From a virus (taxonomy: Duplodnaviria; Heunggongvirae; Uroviricota; Caudoviricetes), in the IMG/VR virus record IMGVR_UViG_3300043395_001986, positions 109,308 through 173,307 of that record: 64,000 nt of DNA. One strand, written 5' to 3'. This document shows, piece by piece, positions 1 to 10,571 of this stretch (position 1 is the stretch's first letter; every line of letters starts with the position of its first letter). The position numbers and the translations under genes were made by a program. The notes below the pieces were generated by a model, which was not told where the DNA came from, searched no databases, and saw only the letters and a program-made list of their open reading frames with translations.

Positions 1-117
1 GGTGATGGATTTAGTGGAAGTGTATATGGAATTGGAAATGTAACAACATTTAGTTCATCGGTAGATTATAGATTATCTTCATTGGCATCTACAACTGATG
101 CGGGTGTTTGGGTATAA
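1..117 (+). CDS. 3' end of a tail-fibre-like protein (partial)
   Basis: Frame 1 reads GDGFSGSVYGIGNVTTFSSSVDYRLSS...WV*. It shares the GIGNVT.(F/Y)S.SVD.R motif with the downstream fibres. Confidence 0.7.
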   Translation, partial: GDGFSGSVYGIGNVTTFSSSVDYRLSSLASTTDAGVWV

Positions 118-135
118 TAAAATAAAAATCGCACA

Positions 136-609
136 ATGAGTATAGAATTTACAGGTGGTTTTACAATTACGCAAGGTGGAATTACACCTGAAATAGGTAA
201 CTATTATTTATCACCGTCATATACACCTGCTATTAATCAAGGTGAAATTACAATTCCAAAGCATGATAATGGGACGTGGACATTGGATTTTAATGATGTA
301 AATGAAAATACTGGAAATGCTATTTACATTAATAAATTTGATTCTAATAATAATGATAATAGTGTGTATTTAACTCAATTAGTAGGTAATCATACACATT
401 TAACATTTACACAAAATTCATATCATATAACATTTGATTGTACTAATCAGGCTTGGCAAGATGGTGGAGTGGGTGGACCAAATTCTAATCAGGTTTTGCA
501 TGACCCAACTTTTGGAAATGCACCACAAAACTCAATTAGTATTATTTCAACTTCGGGTGTAACATTTAATAATATCGACCCTGTTGGAATTACAATTCAA
601 GTAATTTAA
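136..609 (+). CDS. hypothetical protein, probably virion-associated
   Basis: 157-aa ORF, Asn/Thr/Gly-rich, in the tail module. Confidence 0.6.
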   Translation: MSIEFTGGFTITQGGITPEIGNYYLSPSYTPAINQGEITIPKHDNGTWTLDFNDVNENTGNAIYINKFDSNNNDNSVYLTQLVGNHTHLTFTQNSYHITFDCTNQAWQDGGVGGPNSNQVLHDPTFGNAPQNSISIISTSGVTFNNIDPVGITIQVI

Positions 610-636
610 TCTTTTTATTTTAAATAACAATATTTA

Positions 637-662
637 TAAAGGTACTATATAGTACCTTTTTT
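637..662 (+). terminator. intrinsic terminator-like palindrome
   Basis: AAGGTACTATATAGTACCTT is a perfect palindrome and is followed by a T-run. Confidence 0.55.
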
Positions 663-696
663 CGTTGTTAAATAACAATAAAAACGTTCCATACAT

Positions 697-1233
697 ATGG
701 CTCAACAAAAAATTATACTGAAACGCTCTGCCGTTCCTGGTAGAGTACCCGATACGTCTTCAATAAATTTAGGTGAAGTAGCAATAAACACCTATGACGG
801 TAAACTATATTTCAAAAAATCAGGTTCAGTTGAGTCAGTAGAAACGATTTTAACAACGAACACAATTACAAGTGGTTCGATACAAGTTTCCGAAGATATT
901 ACAGCACAAAGAGACCTTTATGTAATTAGAGATATTATTACTATTGGTGATATTGATGCGGGTGGAGATGTTAGTGGTAGTGGATTATCAATCAATGATA
1001 CTGTCCAAATTACACATAATAATATACAACTATCTGGTTCAATGGCATTAACCGGTAGTATGGTAGCAAGTTCATTTAGTGGTGATGGTAGTGGTTTAAC
1101 AAATATAGTAGTAGACCTTTCAACTGCACAATTAAATGAAGTGGATGCTAATAATATTCCACCTCGTTCTTTTGCAGAATTATATGTAGGATGTGCAACA
1201 TTAGACATAGTAGATTTGGATTTTAATAATTAA
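697..1233 (+). CDS. short tail-fibre-associated protein with Mtd-N/hyaluronidase-N-like attachment domain
   Basis: N-terminal LKRSAVPGRVP...GEVAINTYDGKLYFK motif typical of fibre attachment domains. Confidence 0.6.
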   Translation: MAQQKIILKRSAVPGRVPDTSSINLGEVAINTYDGKLYFKKSGSVESVETILTTNTITSGSIQVSEDITAQRDLYVIRDIITIGDIDAGGDVSGSGLSINDTVQITHNNIQLSGSMALTGSMVASSFSGDGSGLTNIVVDLSTAQLNEVDANNIPPRSFAELYVGCATLDIVDLDFNN

Positions 1234-1263
1234 CATATTTATACAAAACGATAAAAGATATAG

Positions 1264-3912
1264 ATGGCAACTTTTATACTGAAAAACAATAGCGGTTCTA
1301 TAACAGCAGGACAATTGGAATTTAACCCAGAAAGCAAATCATTAGCATTAGGTGATGGTTCCAAAGTAATTAATATAGCAAAACTAAACGATGTTAATAG
1401 TGGGAGCTTCAATATAAGTGGTGACTTATTTGTAAGTGGAAACGCTAATATTGTTGGTAATTTAACATTCGGAGATAATTCGGGAGCAGATACTGTCACT
1501 GTCGTTGCATCTTTATCATCATCTTTAATACCAGAAGGAAATAATGTACATGATTTAGGTAGTACAACAAAATACTGGAAAACAGGTTATATAACTGCAA
1601 TTACGGGTTCATTAAGTGGCTCTGTTAATGGTATAGATATTACCCCATTTAGCGCATCGGTATCGACATCAATTGGTAATTTAAATAATACATCTTCTAA
1701 TCATGAAAATAGAATTTTAAATTTAGAACAACATAGTGGTAGTGTTAATCAATTTACAGCATCCATAACTGCATCATTTAATACAACAAGTGGTAGTTTA
1801 AATGTAGTAAGTCAATCATTATTAAATGTATCAACTTCATATGTTGCAACTTCTCAATCATTAAATTTAGTAAGTTCATCTTTATTAACATTTAGTGCAT
1901 CTCAATATAATGCAGATAGTACATCATTTGATAGTAGATTAGATTTAGTAGAAGCAACGGCATCATATCTAAACACATCATTCAGCACTTCGGTAGATAG
2001 TAGATTGGATTTGATAGAACAAACAGGTTCTAATCATGAAAATAGAATTCATATTTTAGAATTATCACAATCTGCATTTGATACAGCAATTGAATTAGAT
2101 TCTACTAATGTAACTATTTACGGAAATTTGACGGTACAAGGAACACAGACGGCAATTCAATCCAATATTTTAAATGTAAAAGATTTAAACATTACAATTG
2201 CAAGTGGTTCTACCAATTCAGCAGCTGCAAATGGTGCCGGTATTAATATAGATGGTGCAAATGTAACAATGAGTTGGAGTGATGCAAATCAAAGAATAGA
2301 ATTAAATAAAGATTTTGCAGCAACCGGTTCAATAAGTTCATCAACAATTAATGGTATTGGAAATGTAACATTATATTCTGCATCAGTAGATAGTAGATTA
2401 GTTAGTTTAGAATTAACCGGTTCTAATTTTAGTACTAAAATAGCTAATTTAGAACAACATAGTGGTAGTGTTAATCAATTTACAGCATCCATAACTTCAT
2501 CATTTAATACAACATCTCAAAGTTTAAATTTAGTAAGTGCATCGTTATTTACATTTAGTGCATCTCAATATTTAGCAGATTCATCTTCGGTAAATAATAG
2601 ATTAATTAATGTAGAATCAACTGCATCATATTTAAATACAACATTTAGTTCTTCGATTAGTAATAGAACAACTTTATTAGAACAAACTGCATCTTATTTA
2701 AATACAACATTCTCAACATCAGTAGATAGTAGAATAGATGCATTAGAAAACTTTAGTGGTTCTGAATATAAAAATGATAGTAGTTCATTTGATACAAGAA
2801 TTAGTGCAAGTACATTAACATTTAACGATACAACGGGTCAAACAGGAATTGATTTTACACACAATGGCACACAGGTTAGTGCAATTGCAAGTGGATTAAG
2901 TACCACTTCAAATGTACATTTTGCCAGTGTAACCGCATCAAATAGTATTAGTGCATCTGGGACAGTTTATTGTGATACATTAGTAGCAAGTACATTGGTA
3001 GGTGCAACTTTACCTGTATTGGAATATGAAACAAATGGTACTTTGGGCAATCTTTTAATTAAAGGTGCAACTTCAAAATCAATTCAAGTTGTAGATACAA
3101 TTACGTTCACCGGAATGACACAAAATGGTATTGACCAATATAGTGCAACTGGTTTATATATGACAGGTTCTATTACTGCATCATTAGGATTTAGTGGTAG
3201 TGTTTCTGGTATTGGAAATGTAACATTATTTAGTTCATCAATTGACCAAAGAATTAAAGATGCAACTAACGAACAATATATTGCTGGGTTTGCAACAACA
3301 GCATCATTGCAAATAGTAAGTGCAAGTGCATGGGGAGCATTCCAAAGTGCAAGTTCTTATAGTGGAAGTTTTTATACAACTATAAATAATTTGAGTTCAT
3401 CTGTATATACATTCTCATCTTCAATTGATAGTAGAGTAGATACATTAGAAGGAACAACACATACTCACTCTAATAAAGCAAATTTAGATACAATAAATCA
3501 AAATTTAGGTACAACATCAACTGGTGTTCAATTTGCATCATTGGGTGTTGGAACTGCACCTGATGCAACTTATGAATTTAAAGTAGCAGGTGATATAGCA
3601 GCAAGTGGTGATATTGTTGCATTTAATTCTTCCGATGAAAGATTGAAAGAAAATATAAAACAAATTGAAAACGGATTAGAAAAAATAAATAAAATTTCTG
3701 GTTATGAATTTGATTGGAATGAAGATTTGCAAAAGGCAAGAAAAGGACATGATGTAGGTATACTGGCACATGAAATTGAAGAAATTCTTCCAGAAGCAGT
3801 GACTAGAAGAGATAATGGTTATTTAGCAGTAGATTACGAAAAAATAATTCCACTTTTAATACAATCTGTAAAAGAATTATCAGCTAAAGTAAAGGAATTG
3901 GAAAATAAGTAA
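1264..3912 (+). CDS. tail fibre with C-terminal intramolecular chaperone (peptidase S74-like)
   Basis: Ser/Thr-rich heptad repeats; C-terminal SDERLKENI...GILAHEIEEILPEAV...VDYEKIIPLLIQSVKEL. Confidence 0.85.
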   Translation: MATFILKNNSGSITAGQLEFNPESKSLALGDGSKVINIAKLNDVNSGSFNISGDLFVSGNANIVGNLTFGDNSGADTVTVVASLSSSLIPEGNNVHDLGSTTKYWKTGYITAITGSLSGSVNGIDITPFSASVSTSIGNLNNTSSNHENRILNLEQHSGSVNQFTASITASFNTTSGSLNVVSQSLLNVSTSYVATSQSLNLVSSSLLTFSASQYNADSTSFDSRLDLVEATASYLNTSFSTSVDSRLDLIEQTGSNHENRIHILELSQSAFDTAIELDSTNVTIYGNLTVQGTQTAIQSNILNVKDLNITIASGSTNSAAANGAGINIDGANVTMSWSDANQRIELNKDFAATGSISSSTINGIGNVTLYSASVDSRLVSLELTGSNFSTKIANLEQHSGSVNQFTASITSSFNTTSQSLNLVSASLFTFSASQYLADSSSVNNRLINVESTASYLNTTFSSSISNRTTLLEQTASYLNTTFSTSVDSRIDALENFSGSEYKNDSSSFDTRISASTLTFNDTTGQTGIDFTHNGTQVSAIASGLSTTSNVHFASVTASNSISASGTVYCDTLVASTLVGATLPVLEYETNGTLGNLLIKGATSKSIQVVDTITFTGMTQNGIDQYSATGLYMTGSITASLGFSGSVSGIGNVTLFSSSIDQRIKDATNEQYIAGFATTASLQIVSASAWGAFQSASSYSGSFYTTINNLSSSVYTFSSSIDSRVDTLEGTTHTHSNKANLDTINQNLGTTSTGVQFASLGVGTAPDATYEFKVAGDIAASGDIVAFNSSDERLKENIKQIENGLEKINKISGYEFDWNEDLQKARKGHDVGILAHEIEEILPEAVTRRDNGYLAVDYEKIIPLLIQSVKELSAKVKELENK
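1720..2514 (+). repeat. 69-nt direct repeat within fibre 1
   Basis: 1720-1788 and 2446-2514 differ at one position. Confidence 0.9.
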
Positions 3913-3966
3913 ATATTTATAATAAGTAAAAACATTTTTAATCGTCTTAAAAAAAAGGTAAACTAG

Positions 3967-6900
3967 ATGGCACTTAAATTTAGACGTGGGACAACCGCAC
4001 AGAAATCAGGTTCGTTAGCAGTAGGAGAACCATATATTAACTATGACCTACAAACATTACAAATAGGAACGGACCAAGGAGATGTAACATTGTCTACAAC
4101 AAGTCCAACTGCAACATCAGCAGTAGCATCTATTTCCGCATCAAACTTTTTATCAGCTTCTTATTTAGAAATTGTAAATGATGCAAATATTAAAGGAAAT
4201 GTAACTATTGGTGGTACAATTCAAATTGGTGATAATACATCGGATACTATTAATGTAGTAGCATCATTGAGTTCTTCACTTATTCCGCAATCAGATAATA
4301 CCTATGATTTAGGTTCTCTTTCTAAATCTTGGAAAGACCTTTATATATCTACTGGTTCAATTAAATTTGTATCAGCAGGTACAATAGTAGGTTCATTATC
4401 AACAAATGCATCGGGATTACAATTAACAAACGATATATATGTTGCAAGTGATGGTAACACAGGTGTTAGAGTTGGTAGAGGTGCTGGAAGTAATACAACA
4501 TTTAATACTGCATTAGGTTATGCAGCATTAAACAGCAATACAACTGGACAATCAAATACAGCAGTAGGCGCAACGGCATTAACATCAAATAAATCTGGTG
4601 ATAGTAATGTGGCAGTTGGTACAACCGCATTATCATTTAATGAAGCTGGAAGTGATAATACTGCAGTTGGTACTCAAGCATTATATAAAAATGCGGGATA
4701 TCAAAATACAGCAGTAGGTAAAGAAACATTATTTAATAGTATTTCTGGTTCAGGCAATACTGCAGTCGGTGCAATTGCATTAAAAAGAATTGGTGATAAT
4801 GGCGGAAATAATACAGCAATTGGTTACCTAGCTGGACAATATGCAAGTGGTTCATCAAATTCAAACGTATATATTGGTAATGGAGCCGGTCCAACTGCAA
4901 GTGTTGAAGAAAGTGGAAAATTATATATTAACAACGCAGCAAGTAACACTCCATTAATTGGTGGTGATTTTACACAAAGAGAAATATATGTTGATGGTGA
5001 TATTATACCAGCAACAACAAATGCAAGAGATTTAGGTTCTTTAACAAATATTTGGAGAGACCTTTACATTTCTACTGGTTCAATTAAAATGGTATCAAAT
5101 GGTGTAGTTGTTTCCGTATTATCAAATACGGGAAATGGATTTGCATTAGACCAGGGTATTACTGCAAATGGTAATAGTTCATTTGGTACATCATCTGCAG
5201 CAGTAACATCGGTAACCGGTTCATTGAATGTAAGTGGTGCGGTAGCAGTAATTGGTTCAGTAAGTGCATCAACAATTACTGGTATTGGTAATGTAACAGC
5301 ATATTCATCTTCAGTAAATAGTAGAGTATCATCATTAGAATCATTCTCATCTTCATTAGGAAATGGATTTGCAACAGATGCAGAATTAGGAGTAGTAAGT
5401 GCAAGTGCATGGGGAGCATTCCAAAGTGCTTCTGCATACTCTGCATCTTTAGCAACTTCAATTAGTGCAAGTAAAGCAGAGTATACATCATTTAGTGCAA
5501 GTAATGCAACAAATGATAATACTCAAACAACAAATATAACAGCAGCTTCTGCAAGTGCATGGGGAGCATTCCAAAGTGCTTCTGCATACTCTGCATCTTT
5601 AGCAACTTCAATTAGTGAAAGTAATGCAAGTGCAGTAGGATATAGTGCTAGTGCAGCAAGTGCATTGAGTTCTGTAAGTGGTGCAGTAGCAACTTCATTA
5701 AACAATGCTAGTTCTTCTGCGTATTCAACATTTGCTAAATTAAATGGGGATAACACATTCACCGGAACACAAATTATTACTGGTTCACTTTATATAAGTT
5801 CTAATTTAATAGTTCAAGGTTCATCATCATTACAAAATATAACTGCAAGTGCAGTATCAATTGGTACTAATACTGTCATTTTAAATACAAATAACCCTGC
5901 TGTAAGATATGGTGGGTTATCGGTAACTGATAGTGGTAGTGCAGCAGGTAAGAGTGGTTCTTTATATTTTGATTCAACAGATGATGAGTGGATATTTGTA
6001 CATCAAGGAAATGCAGCAGTAACTTCATCAACAGTCATTACTGGTCCTGAAACCTATGATAATTTAGGCAACGAAACCCATTTAACTGATAATAGATTAG
6101 TTAAAGCAAAAAATGGTTTCCATATTGTTGATTCAAATATTTCTGATACTGGTACGAAAGTGAGTATCTCAAGTGATTTAGATGTAATAGGAGCAATAAG
6201 TTCATCAACTATAAATGGTATTGGAAATGTAACATTATATTCATCTTCAGTAGATAGTAGAATTATAACTAATGCAAATGCAGCAGCAGGAGCGTTCGCA
6301 AGTGCAAGTGCATATAGTTCATCTGCAGCAACTTCATTTAGTGCTAGTTTAGCAAACGTAACAGCAATTAGTAGTTCATTTGCGGCAAACACAATAACAA
6401 TAAATGGTACAGCAGTTAAATTAGGTGGTACTTTAACAACCGCACAAACTTTAGCAGGAGCAATTTCATCTTCAGCTCAGGTAAATGGTTTAAGTATTCT
6501 TTATAATTCAATGAGTATTGCTGGTACTTCAACTGCATTAGGTGGAACAATAAGTGCAGCAACAATTGGTAACGCAATTGGAGCATTTAGTTCATCAGCA
6601 CAAGTTAATGGTACTGCAATTCAAAATAATTCAATCACTATCAATGGTACATCAGTAGCATTAGGTGGTACTTTAACTACGGCTCAAACATTAGCCGGTG
6701 CAATAAGTTCATCAGCACAAGTTGACCATAACTCAACTACAAACTATTCAGCAAATAGACATATTGACCATACCGCAGTTTCAATTACAGCAGGTAGTGG
6801 TATTAGTGGTGGTGGTGATATTAGTGCAACTAGAACATTAACATTAGATACCGGTTCTGCACACTTTTTAGGTGGAGCAAGAGGAGCAATATCAGTATCA

Positions 6901-7518
6901 GATACAACTGGTGCAAGTGGTATTGATTTAACATATAATAGTGGTACGGGAGTATTGAGTGGTGTTTTAGCAAATTCGGCGATAACAATTGCAGGTAGTT
7001 CTACTTCATTAGGTGGTTCAATAAGTGCAGCAACAATTGGTAACGCAATTGGAGCATTTAGTGGTTCTGCACAAGTAGATTTAACAGCAACAACTAACTA
7101 TGGCACTTATATTAACCAAGCAGTTAAAACAACTTCTTCACCAACATTTGCTGGTTTAACAATCAATGGTTCAATTACAGCAACCGGAGATATTACTGCA
7201 TACTATACTTCTGATAGAAGATTTAAAAATAATGTTCAAACAATTCCTAACGCATTGGATAAGGTTAGAGCATTAAATGGTGTGACTTGGGATTGGGCAG
7301 AAAATACAAATGATGTAACAAAAGCAGCACCAACAACTGGTCTTATCGCACAAGAAGTTCAAGCAGTATTACCACAAGTTGTTAAGGAAAAAGAAGATGG
7401 TTTCTTGGGATTGGATTACTCAAAGATGATTGGTCTTTTAGTAGAAGCAATTAAGGAACAACAATATAAAATAGATTTATTATCCGCTGAATTAGAAGGA
7501 TTAAAAACTAAAGATTAA
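3967..7518 (+). CDS. long tail fibre with NTAVG adhesin-like repeats and S74-like chaperone
   Basis: N-terminal MALKFRRGT; tandem NTA(V/L)G repeats; C-terminal SDRRFKNN...GLIAQEVQAVLP...LDYSKMIGLLVEAIKE. Confidence 0.85.
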   Translation: MALKFRRGTTAQKSGSLAVGEPYINYDLQTLQIGTDQGDVTLSTTSPTATSAVASISASNFLSASYLEIVNDANIKGNVTIGGTIQIGDNTSDTINVVASLSSSLIPQSDNTYDLGSLSKSWKDLYISTGSIKFVSAGTIVGSLSTNASGLQLTNDIYVASDGNTGVRVGRGAGSNTTFNTALGYAALNSNTTGQSNTAVGATALTSNKSGDSNVAVGTTALSFNEAGSDNTAVGTQALYKNAGYQNTAVGKETLFNSISGSGNTAVGAIALKRIGDNGGNNTAIGYLAGQYASGSSNSNVYIGNGAGPTASVEESGKLYINNAASNTPLIGGDFTQREIYVDGDIIPATTNARDLGSLTNIWRDLYISTGSIKMVSNGVVVSVLSNTGNGFALDQGITANGNSSFGTSSAAVTSVTGSLNVSGAVAVIGSVSASTITGIGNVTAYSSSVNSRVSSLESFSSSLGNGFATDAELGVVSASAWGAFQSASAYSASLATSISASKAEYTSFSASNATNDNTQTTNITAASASAWGAFQSASAYSASLATSISESNASAVGYSASAASALSSVSGAVATSLNNASSSAYSTFAKLNGDNTFTGTQIITGSLYISSNLIVQGSSSLQNITASAVSIGTNTVILNTNNPAVRYGGLSVTDSGSAAGKSGSLYFDSTDDEWIFVHQGNAAVTSSTVITGPETYDNLGNETHLTDNRLVKAKNGFHIVDSNISDTGTKVSISSDLDVIGAISSSTINGIGNVTLYSSSVDSRIITNANAAAGAFASASAYSSSAATSFSASLANVTAISSSFAANTITINGTAVKLGGTLTTAQTLAGAISSSAQVNGLSILYNSMSIAGTSTALGGTISAATIGNAIGAFSSSAQVNGTAIQNNSITINGTSVALGGTLTTAQTLAGAISSSAQVDHNSTTNYSANRHIDHTAVSITAGSGISGGGDISATRTLTLDTGSAHFLGGARGAISVSDTTGASGIDLTYNSGTGVLSGVLANSAITIAGSSTSLGGSISAATIGNAIGAFSGSAQVDLTATTNYGTYINQAVKTTSSPTFAGLTINGSITATGDITAYYTSDRRFKNNVQTIPNALDKVRALNGVTWDWAENTNDVTKAAPTTGLIAQEVQAVLPQVVKEKEDGFLGLDYSKMIGLLVEAIKEQQYKIDLLSAELEGLKTKD
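5401..5617 (+). repeat. 67-nt exact direct repeat within fibre 2
   Basis: 5401-5467 equals 5551-5617; 37 nt (5393-5429) also match 3314-3350 in fibre 1. Confidence 0.9.
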
Positions 7519-7520
7519 TA

Positions 7521-8531
7521 ATGTATGATGTTTATTATACAACTGGTTACGGAAATAAAGTAGGAGCTGGAAGTGATTTGTGGGTTAACAATTGGATTGA
7601 ATGTGTGGCTCCAAAACTTACAAAAAAATCAGTATTACTAATTCATAGAAGTAAGCCAAAAAATTACGAAGAGGGGAATGAACTTCCCCTTTCCGTTTTT
7701 TGGCAAAGTGATGACCCAATTAAATTTGATGAAATGTTGGATGAATGTGAAAATATACACATTCTACACGGACATTATTATCCATCACATGGATTAATAA
7801 GAAATCTAAATAAAATAAAAAGTTATGTAATGCATAACTCAATTGATTTGAGTTTAAAAGCTGGTTTATTCTCCGATGCACCAGGTGTACAACACTTTGG
7901 AGCAGATAGTGAATGGGAAAATAATATAATTGAAAAAGCAGAAAAAAGAATTTGGGTTGGAGTATTTGATACACCAAAACATGCTAATTATAAATTTGAA
8001 AATATCCCAAATTATTATGAGTTTATTCATAATAAAAAACTATCAGATTCAACAATAGTTGGATTTGCAGCAAGAACTGAAACACGAAAGAGAGTTTGGT
8101 ATTTAGAAAATATAAAAAGTGTAATTTTTACAAATGCTAAAATTTTAAGAGATATCTGGGAGAAAAAATATGGATGTGATTTTAGAAAATCAAAAGTATA
8201 TAATTTTGATTGGCAATTTCACACTAATTTTTTTGAAATGGATTGGGGAATAGCACATTGTGCATTTAACTATGAACCATTTGGATATGGTATATTTCAA
8301 GCCGTTGATTGGGGTAAACTTCCAATAATTAGTAATACATGGAATCCTGATTTTGGCTATCCATTTAGAGCTGATAATAAAAAAGAATTTGAAAATTGTG
8401 TTGAAAATATAAAAAAATTAAGTTACGAAGAAAAAGAAATACATTTTAATAAAATAAAAATGTTTTTATCTGATAATTATTCCGACAAAGAATTGTGGAC
8501 AAAAAGATTATTAGATATTTATATTAGTTAA
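7521..8531 (+). CDS. putative GT-B (GT4-like) glycosyltransferase
   Basis: C-terminal YEPFGYGIFQAVDWGKLPII resembles the GT4 EPFG..EA..G.P motif. Confidence 0.6.
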   Translation: MYDVYYTTGYGNKVGAGSDLWVNNWIECVAPKLTKKSVLLIHRSKPKNYEEGNELPLSVFWQSDDPIKFDEMLDECENIHILHGHYYPSHGLIRNLNKIKSYVMHNSIDLSLKAGLFSDAPGVQHFGADSEWENNIIEKAEKRIWVGVFDTPKHANYKFENIPNYYEFIHNKKLSDSTIVGFAARTETRKRVWYLENIKSVIFTNAKILRDIWEKKYGCDFRKSKVYNFDWQFHTNFFEMDWGIAHCAFNYEPFGYGIFQAVDWGKLPIISNTWNPDFGYPFRADNKKEFENCVENIKKLSYEEKEIHFNKIKMFLSDNYSDKELWTKRLLDIYIS

Positions 8532-8543
8532 AGGAGAAAGACC

Positions 8544-10205
8544 ATGCCAAAAACAAATTTAAGTTTAGGAAACTTATTCAGAGCAACAAAAGGAACAGCA
8601 CGTTCAACCGAAACTTCATCACTTAATAATAATAATGGTGGAGGTAGTACACAAGTATCACTATCTGATTTTGCAGTAGATTCTGTTACCCACAATCACG
8701 TATTTACTTATGTTGTAGAAGGAACATCAGAAACATTTACAACAACATTTGGTAGTGCAGGAACAAGACATAGTTCGAGAGTAGCAGGTGTATCACAAAA
8801 TTACACTGTCACAACAAGTGATGCAGCTCAATTCACTATTACGGCAACACCACCAAACTTTTCAATCAATGCACAATCAGTAACATCTGGTGCATATGCA
8901 GGGCAGAGTGCGGGATGTACAATTAGTGCAACTTATGCAGATGGATTTAATACATCAGCAACGGGATATAATGTAGCATCTACAAAAACAATATATTCAG
9001 TAGATACATACAATTCAATCAATGATGTTTATTGTGTAAGCACAGATACGCAAATTCAATTAGCAGATGGTTCATTAGTGGATGCAGGCGATGTGTATGT
9101 TGGAGATAAATTATTAGCATATGTACCTACAACTTTACCAGATGAGAGTGATTCATTTAATCCATGGATTTGGTGGAATGAAAATCAATTAGCAGGTAAT
9201 ACGCAAGAAGTTGTTGTTAGAAATGTATTTTTTAATTTTGTAGATAAATTCTATAATATAAATGATGGTTTATTAAAAGTTACAGAAACTCACCCTACAT
9301 TATGTTTGGATGAACCATCTGGTGTTTATAAGTTTAAGCAGGCAATGGATATTAGAGTTGGTGATAAACTTGTAAAATATAATAAAGATACAAACCAAAT
9401 AGAAGAAATAGTTGTAACATCAAACGCATTAGTATTAAGTTCAATAGAAGTTGTTACAATAGATGTTGAGCAAGCTGACGTTTATTTAGCAAATGGGTTT
9501 ATTTCACATAATAAAGGTTCAAACTCAATTATTCCTATTCCAAACGCAAACTTAAGAATGTATTTGCATCCACAATACTCACAATCAGTTGAAGTAAATA
9601 CAACAGACTGGTCAGACCTTTCTGGATTTAAAACAGGATTTAGACAAATTGCAACACCTACTAGAAATACAACCCCATACTATACTTGGACGTTGAATGG
9701 TAGTTCACAATATTTTTTCAAACCAGCAAATGGTTCAGCAGATGCATTAAGTACAGGTGCAACTGAATTTAATCAATCCGCATTTACATTGATTATGTGG
9801 ATTAAAACTCCTGCTACATTAGGTACTGCAACTTTATTTAGTAAAACAAATGGTTCTTCTAAAGATTATGAATTAGCAATGACTTCAACTGCTTTACAAT
9901 TGAATTCAAGTGTATTCGGAAATGTATCAGTAACACATGGTTTAAGTACATCTACATATAATATGTTGGCAGTAACATTAAGTGGCACAACAACTAAATT
10001 TTATAAAAACGGAACACAGGTAGGAACTGACCAAACAACAACGGCGGGTACTGCAAATAATTCATATCCTTTATATATAGGTGGAGGAGTTGGTACTTAC
10101 TTTAATGGTGAAATTGGTGAAGTAATATTCTATGGTGGAAGTGCATTAACAGCACAAAACATATCAGATATTTACGCTAATACCAAAGGAAGTTATGGTT
10201 TGTAA
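8544..10205 (+). CDS. virion protein with internal Hint (intein-like) domain and C-terminal LamG/ConA-like domain
   Basis: CVSTDTQIQLADGS...TETHP...VYLANGFISHN (aa 164-323); C-terminal FTLIMWIK...LAVT...FYKNG...FNGEIGEVIFY. Confidence 0.8.
   Translation: MPKTNLSLGNLFRATKGTARSTETSSLNNNNGGGSTQVSLSDFAVDSVTHNHVFTYVVEGTSETFTTTFGSAGTRHSSRVAGVSQNYTVTTSDAAQFTITATPPNFSINAQSVTSGAYAGQSAGCTISATYADGFNTSATGYNVASTKTIYSVDTYNSINDVYCVSTDTQIQLADGSLVDAGDVYVGDKLLAYVPTTLPDESDSFNPWIWWNENQLAGNTQEVVVRNVFFNFVDKFYNINDGLLKVTETHPTLCLDEPSGVYKFKQAMDIRVGDKLVKYNKDTNQIEEIVVTSNALVLSSIEVVTIDVEQADVYLANGFISHNKGSNSIIPIPNANLRMYLHPQYSQSVEVNTTDWSDLSGFKTGFRQIATPTRNTTPYYTWTLNGSSQYFFKPANGSADALSTGATEFNQSAFTLIMWIKTPATLGTATLFSKTNGSSKDYELAMTSTALQLNSSVFGNVSVTHGLSTSTYNMLAVTLSGTTTKFYKNGTQVGTDQTTTAGTANNSYPLYIGGGVGTYFNGEIGEVIFYGGSALTAQNISDIYANTKGSYGL
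9033..9512 (+). other. Hint / bacterial intein-like domain
   Basis: Cys1, block-B TxxH (TETH), block-F Asp, terminal His-Asn followed by Lys. Confidence 0.8.
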
Positions 10206-10242
10206 TAATTTTTATATATTTATATATACAAAAATATAAACT

Positions 10243-10491
10243 ATGAAAATAAGAGAAGAATTGTTACAACAAGTTAAACAGATTAGAACATCTGCAATTC
10301 AAATCACAACTACATTAGGTGATTTAGTAATTGATGAAAATAATATCAAGTTACAAAAAGAAGAGTTATTAAAAAACTATTCTCAATTAATTGTAAGTGA
10401 AAAAAATTTAATAGATACAATTAATAAAGAATATGGAGAAGGTAATTTAGATTTGGCAACCGGAGAGTTCACACCAACTGAACAAAAATAA
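10243..10491 (+). CDS. hypothetical coiled-coil protein
   Basis: 82-aa ORF with an upstream ATATTTATA motif. Confidence 0.7.
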   Translation: MKIREELLQQVKQIRTSAIQITTTLGDLVIDENNIKLQKEELLKNYSQLIVSEKNLIDTINKEYGEGNLDLATGEFTPTEQK

Positions 10492-10571
10492 AAAAACAAA
10501 GATACTTTTCAAACTAAATACATATATTTATATGAAGAGTATTTCTATATAAAACATTTAAGGAGAAAACA

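Noticed and set aside
697-7518. Diversity-generating retroelement suggested by Mtd-like N-termini
   Set aside because: No reverse transcriptase and no TR/VR pair with adenine-specific differences; the repeats are in-frame coding duplications.
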